From assembly GCA_963760795.1 (NCBI GenBank), contig CAVXEP010000022.1, positions 247,123 to 311,122 of the forward strand: a stretch of 64,000 nucleotides of DNA, read 5' to 3'. Below are positions 59,526 to 64,000 of the stretch, in pieces. Position numbers and translations under genes: made by a program. Under the pieces are notes generated by a model. It saw nothing but the letters and a program-made list of their open reading frames with translations, was not told where the DNA came from and made no database searches. The stretch comes from an uncultured delta proteobacterium. GTDB taxonomy: Bacteria > Desulfobacterota > Binatia > UBA9968. How positions within the stretch are numbered: position 1 is the stretch's first letter; every line of letters begins with the position of its first letter.

Positions 59526-60290
59526 CTACTCGTCGTCTGGCAGCCCGGCTCGAGCGCTCGGCTTGGCGATGCCGGCGACCATCTTGGCGACTTCCGCTGA
59601 ATACTCTTTGCCCTGGCGATAGATCACCTGCGGCGGCTCGACTTCGATGCCGCTGCGACCGCCTTTGACCGCTTCGACCAATACCAGCAGTGCCCCGTCC
59701 GTGGCGAAGGAATGGACCCAGCGCAGCCGCTTGGGCTCGAGTCCGGCGCGGCGCAGACTCACCAGCAACTCAACCGCCCGCTCGGCTGAGTAGATCAACG
59801 CCAGCCGCCCTTTTGGCCGCAGCAGATAAGCCGCGGCGGCGAGAAAATCCCTTAGATCACCGGTGATCTCATGGCGCGCGATTTGTTTCTCCCGATTGGG
59901 ACTGATCCGGCCGCTGCGGACCGGACGAAAGGGTGGATTGCTGACGACGACATGGAACGTCGACGCCGTGAAGATTGAGCCGATCTCGCGCAAGTCGCCG
60001 GCGACAATTGCCACCCGCTCGTCGAGCCGGTTGAGAGCAACGCTGCGCTTGGCCCGCTCCGCCATAGCCGGTTGCACTTCCAAAGCGGTGAGCGATGTCG
60101 AGGGATGCAAATGGCTCAACAACAGCGCGATAGCGCCATTGCCGGCGCCAAGATCGACGATCCGATCGCCGCTTTTGACCGCGACAAAGTGCGCCAATAA
60201 CAAAGCGTCGAGAGAAAAACGGTAACCCGAGCGACCTTGATAAAGCCGCAGCTTGCCGTCGATCAGCGTATCCAACGTGTCTTCGCTCAT
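59526..60290 (-). CDS. tRNA1(Val) (adenine37-N6)-methyltransferase (TrmN6/YfiC-like)
   Basis: GYRFSLDALLL, DLGAGNG, NPPF and ARHEI motifs. Confidence 0.9.
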   Translation of the reverse strand: MSEDTLDTLIDGKLRLYQGRSGYRFSLDALLLAHFVAVKSGDRIVDLGAGNGAIALLLSHLHPSTSLTALEVQPAMAERAKRSVALNRLDERVAIVAGDLREIGSIFTASTFHVVVSNPPFRPVRSGRISPNREKQIARHEITGDLRDFLAAAAYLLRPKGRLALIYSAERAVELLVSLRRAGLEPKRLRWVHSFATDGALLVLVEAVKGGRSGIEVEPPQVIYRQGKEYSAEVAKMVAGIAKPSARAGLPDDE

Positions 60291-60458
60291 GTTGCTTTAG
60301 TCATTCCCCGGATTCGCACGGCTTATTCCGCCAATGCGAATATTGCGAAAATTCGTCTTCCAGCGGCGGCGTAAATTGCTGCTCAACCTTGCAATGGTGG
60401 GCGGTTTTCTATATTTACAACGAAAATGAAATTCCATTTTGTTTCATTGTAAAAACTG

Positions 60459-61229
60459 ATGATTTCTTTCTTCGGTCGCATCGGCCAAAGCACCATCGAA
60501 CGCGTCGCCGCCATGGGGAAAATGTTTAATTTTCTCCTAACCTCGATCATGTTGGCGTTCCGCCGTCCAGCCAAGCTTAACCTGATCGTCTACCACATCA
60601 AAACCATTGGCGTGGACTCGTTATCAGTGGTCGCGCTCTCGGGGTTCTTCACCGGCATGGTGATGGGCTTCCAAGGTTATTACAGCCTGCGCAAATTTAG
60701 CGCCGAGAGTTATCTCGGTTCGGCCGCAGCCTTGAGCCTGTTGCGTGAATTGGGACCGGTGCTGTCTGCTTTCATGGTCACCGGCAGAACCGGCTCCGCC
60801 ATGGCCGCCGAGTTGGGCACCATGCGCGCCACCGAACAGATCGACGCGCTCGATTCCATGGCGATCAATCCGATCAAGTTCCTGGTTTCGCCGCGCATCA
60901 TCGCCGGTCTGATCGCCATGCCACTGCTGACTGCCATTTTCGATGTCATCGGCATCTTCGGCTCCTACTTGGTCGGGGTCGCTATGTTAGGGGTTAGCTC
61001 CGGCAGTTTTTTTGCCGGCATCGAAAACAGCGTGATATTTCACGATATCTACAGCGGCATTGTCAAATCCGTCTCCTTTGGCCTGATCATCACCTGGATC
61101 TGTTGTTACAAGGGTTTTCACGCCCCGCCCATGGCCACCGGCGTCAGCCAAGCGACCACCGAGTCGGTGGTCTTATCGTTTATCTTGATTCTGGTCTGGG
61201 ATTACTTCCTGACTTCCGTCATGCTCTAG
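60459..61229 (+). CDS. mlaE: MlaE family lipid ABC transporter permease
   Basis: RELGPVL....GRTGSAMAAELGTM..TEQIDAL motif. Confidence 0.95.
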   Translation: MISFFGRIGQSTIERVAAMGKMFNFLLTSIMLAFRRPAKLNLIVYHIKTIGVDSLSVVALSGFFTGMVMGFQGYYSLRKFSAESYLGSAAALSLLRELGPVLSAFMVTGRTGSAMAAELGTMRATEQIDALDSMAINPIKFLVSPRIIAGLIAMPLLTAIFDVIGIFGSYLVGVAMLGVSSGSFFAGIENSVIFHDIYSGIVKSVSFGLIITWICCYKGFHAPPMATGVSQATTESVVLSFILILVWDYFLTSVML

Positions 61230-61234
61230 GCGCC

Positions 61235-61981
61235 ATGATCCGAGTCGTTAATCTACACAAGAGCTTTCGCGGCCAACAGGTCTTGCGCGGCGTAAATTTA
61301 GAGTTCACCACCGGCAAGATTACCACCATAGTCGGCACCAGCGGCTGCGGCAAAACGGTATTGCTAAAACATTTGAACGCCCTCTATCTGCCCGATGCCG
61401 GAGCAGTTTTCGTCAACGGCGTCGACATTACCAAACTAAGCCAGGACGAACTCTACGAAGTCCGCACGAAATTTGGTGTGCTGTTTCAGGGCGCCGCCCT
61501 GTTGGACTCGCTGAGTGTCTTTGACAATGTCGCCTTTCCCGTGCGCGAGAAAACCAGCATGACGGAAAGCGACATCAAGAAGAAAGTCGATTATCGCTTG
61601 GAGCAGGTTGGCCTAGCCAAGATGGGCGGCAAATTCCCCGCCGAGCTGAGTGGCGGCATGAGAAAGCGCGCCGGTCTGGCGCGGGCGCTGATCATGGATC
61701 CGGAGATTGTCCTGTTCGACGAACCGACCACCGGCCTGGACCCGGTCTTGGCCACCAGCATTCATCAACTGATCGCCCGCAGCCAAGATGAGTTCGGATT
61801 TACCGGTATCATCGTCAGCCATACTATTCCGCAAGTATTTGAAATTTCGGACTGCGTTGCTATGCTCGCGGGCGGCATTATTGAAAGCATTGCCACACCG
61901 GCCGAGTTCCGTGTATCGGCGAATCCAGTGGTACAACAATTCATCCATGGAAAAACCGAAGGACCGATCCAAGTCCTCTAG
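61235..61981 (+). CDS. mlaF: MlaF family ABC transporter ATP-binding protein
   Basis: GTSGCGKT, LSGGMRKRAGLARA and DEPTTGLDP. Confidence 0.95.
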   Translation: MIRVVNLHKSFRGQQVLRGVNLEFTTGKITTIVGTSGCGKTVLLKHLNALYLPDAGAVFVNGVDITKLSQDELYEVRTKFGVLFQGAALLDSLSVFDNVAFPVREKTSMTESDIKKKVDYRLEQVGLAKMGGKFPAELSGGMRKRAGLARALIMDPEIVLFDEPTTGLDPVLATSIHQLIARSQDEFGFTGIIVSHTIPQVFEISDCVAMLAGGIIESIATPAEFRVSANPVVQQFIHGKTEGPIQVL

Positions 61982-61992
61982 GAGTTGCGCCA

Positions 61993-62478
61993 GTGAATCA
62001 TACCCGCACTGATATAGTAGTCGGCATCTTTGTCGTGATTGGCATTGCCTGCCTGGGCTATCTCGCCATCCGTCTCGGCAAGCTTGAAGTATTCGGTGCC
62101 CAAGGGTACGTGGTTTTCGCCGATTTTGCGTCAGTTGCCGGTCTAAAGCCCGGAGATCCAGTCGAGATCGCCGGTGTCAAAATCGGCCGGGTCGAAGGTA
62201 TGGGCTTGGTCGAAGATAAGGCGCGCTTGACCTTGCAGATTAACGACGGTGTCAAGCTCCAAGAAGATGTCATAGCCTCAGTTCGGGCGCGCGGCTTGAT
62301 CGGCGATAAATTTGTCTTGGTATCGCCCGGAGCATCGGATAAAATCATCCCTCCTGGCGGGAGAATACGCGAAACCGACACCCCGCCGGATATTCCCGAT
62401 TTGATCGGTAAAATAGTTGGCGGCGATCTGACGTCTAATAAAGGTGAAAGAAAAGATGAGCCCTCTAAGTCTAAATAA
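61993..62478 (+). CDS. mlaD: MlaD (MCE) family protein
   Basis: N-terminal TM, F.SVAGLK.G.PV.IAGVKIGRV and GLIGDKFV. Confidence 0.95.
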   Translation: MNHTRTDIVVGIFVVIGIACLGYLAIRLGKLEVFGAQGYVVFADFASVAGLKPGDPVEIAGVKIGRVEGMGLVEDKARLTLQINDGVKLQEDVIASVRARGLIGDKFVLVSPGASDKIIPPGGRIRETDTPPDIPDLIGKIVGGDLTSNKGERKDEPSKSK

Positions 62479-63090
62479 TCCAGCGAAGTTTCTATTGGCC
62501 CTATGGTTTGCGGCAGTCACGCTGAGCCCCTCCCAGGTCCGCGCCGGTGTGCCGACGGACCAGGTCAAGGCCACCGTCGATAAAGTATTCGTGGTGCTCA
62601 GAGATCCCCGCTTGAAGTCGGCGGCCAAGCAATCCGAACGGCGCGAACAGGTGAAGCAGGTGTTATTTGGCCGGTTCAATTTTGCCGAGATGGCCAAGCG
62701 TTCTCTCGGCTCCAACTGGGGCCGGCGCACGCCTCAAGAACAGGAAGAATTCGTGCGCCTGTTCACCGAGGTGCTAGAACGCACCTACGCCGACCTGATC
62801 GAATCCTATAGCGACGAAAAAATCATTTATTTGAGCGAAAAAATCGACGGCGGCTATGCCGACGTGGGCAGTAAAGTCGTCACCACCAAAGGCGAAAAGT
62901 ATTCGATCAACTACCGCGCCCAGTTGATCGACAATGAGTGGAGGGTCTACGATGTCGTTGCCGAGAACATCAGCCTGGTGAACAACTATCGCTCGCAGTT
63001 TCCAGCCGGGTGATTGCCAAATCCTCCTACGAAGAGCTGGTGCGCCGGCTCAAAGACAAGGGCGAATTCGTCGGCGCGCCGAAAAAGTAA
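62456..63090 (+). CDS. mlaC: MlaC/ttg2D phospholipid-binding protein, frameshift near 63000
   Basis: Signal peptide, F.EMAKRSLG..W and WRVYDV..ENISLV.NYRSQF. Confidence 0.92.
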
Positions 63091-63350
63091 CCGCGGTAGC
63101 ATTCTTTTTCCTGTCACAGCGCCCGCCGCGGCATGGGCGCAAGACCCATTGCTCCGCCCATTTGGGGTAATCACCATCCGAAACCGGTCATTCCCAGCGC
63201 CGCCAAAATTCCTTCGCAGGCGCGCGTCCGCCACCAGCTAAAGCGAAATCCGTCCCTCGGCAAGGGCCTGCACTTATCAAAGCGTGCTTGACTGTGATAA
63301 GTCAGACGCAGTATTGCCAACTCATCAACTAATCAGCGAAGGAGACCGCC

Positions 63351-64000
63351 ATGGCTAACGTAATCGACTGGCACGCCCATCATACCGCGCCGGAAGTCGC
63401 CGAGCGCATCGGCCAGCTTACCGCTAAGAAGCCCCATATCGACGCCTATGACTCCCCCGATCTGGCCAAGCGGGTCAAGGAAATGGACGCGGCCGGCATC
63501 GACATGCAGCTCATTTGCCAGGGCGCCGGCATCTACGCCGACCAGTTGACCGCCGCACAAGCACTGGAGGTTATGCATGACTCCAACGCTGTCTTGGCCG
63601 AACGCATCGCGCCGCACCAAGACCGCCTGGGCGGCATCATCGCGCTATCGCTAAAAAATATTGCCGAATCGATAAACGAAATCGACCGCATGGCCAAGCA
63701 GGGCTTTCGGCGCGGTGCTCATGTATCCCCATGTCGACGGTGAAATGCTGGTCGACACCCCGGCGATGGAACCGCTCTACGCCAAAATCAACGCGCTCAA
63801 CTTGCCGATCTTTCTGCATGGCGCCGGCACGGCCCAGAGCCCGTCGCTGAAAAAGCTTGAAGACGGCACCGGCGCCGGCGTCGCTTACGCCGTCTTGTCC
63901 GACGGCGAAGTCGCCGAATGCTGCCTGCGCATGATCGCCAGTGGAGTATTCGATCGCTATGCCAATCTGCAAATCGTCATCCGCAGCTCCGGCGGCGGCA
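63351..64000 (+). CDS. Amidohydrolase family protein, frameshift near 63705, truncated by window end
   Basis: IDWHAH, RVKEMDAAGID, PIFLHG and GVFDRY.NL. Confidence 0.85.

Overview
High-GC bacterial chromosomal window. The many paralogous NitT/TauT and Bug/TctC binding proteins, amidohydrolases, the rpsO-pnp-M16-dut-purBSQLF block and mlaEFDC suggest a Deltaproteobacteria-like soil lineage such as Binatota; this is inference only. Numerous single-base frameshifts, even in purQ, purS and nrdJ, point to long-read consensus errors rather than true pseudogenes. No rRNA, tRNA or CRISPR array was seen. The most notable signal is at ~46.5-55.9 kb: five unrelated minus-strand genes are each headed by a diverged copy of the same ~100-200 bp non-coding element carrying a sigma70-like TTGAC-N17/18-TA promoter. 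This cassette-like array is followed by a truncated HigBA-type toxin-antitoxin pair and a decayed IS110 whose upstream non-coding end folds like a bridge RNA. Other items of note: a ~1000-aa membrane-anchored coiled-coil protein with a strict 78/71-residue period; a CTAG-bounded MITE-like element; an SGNH gene bracketed by direct repeats and inverted REPs; a diverged tandem duplication of an ADH 3' end; and tandem NrdR boxes upstream of nrdJ.
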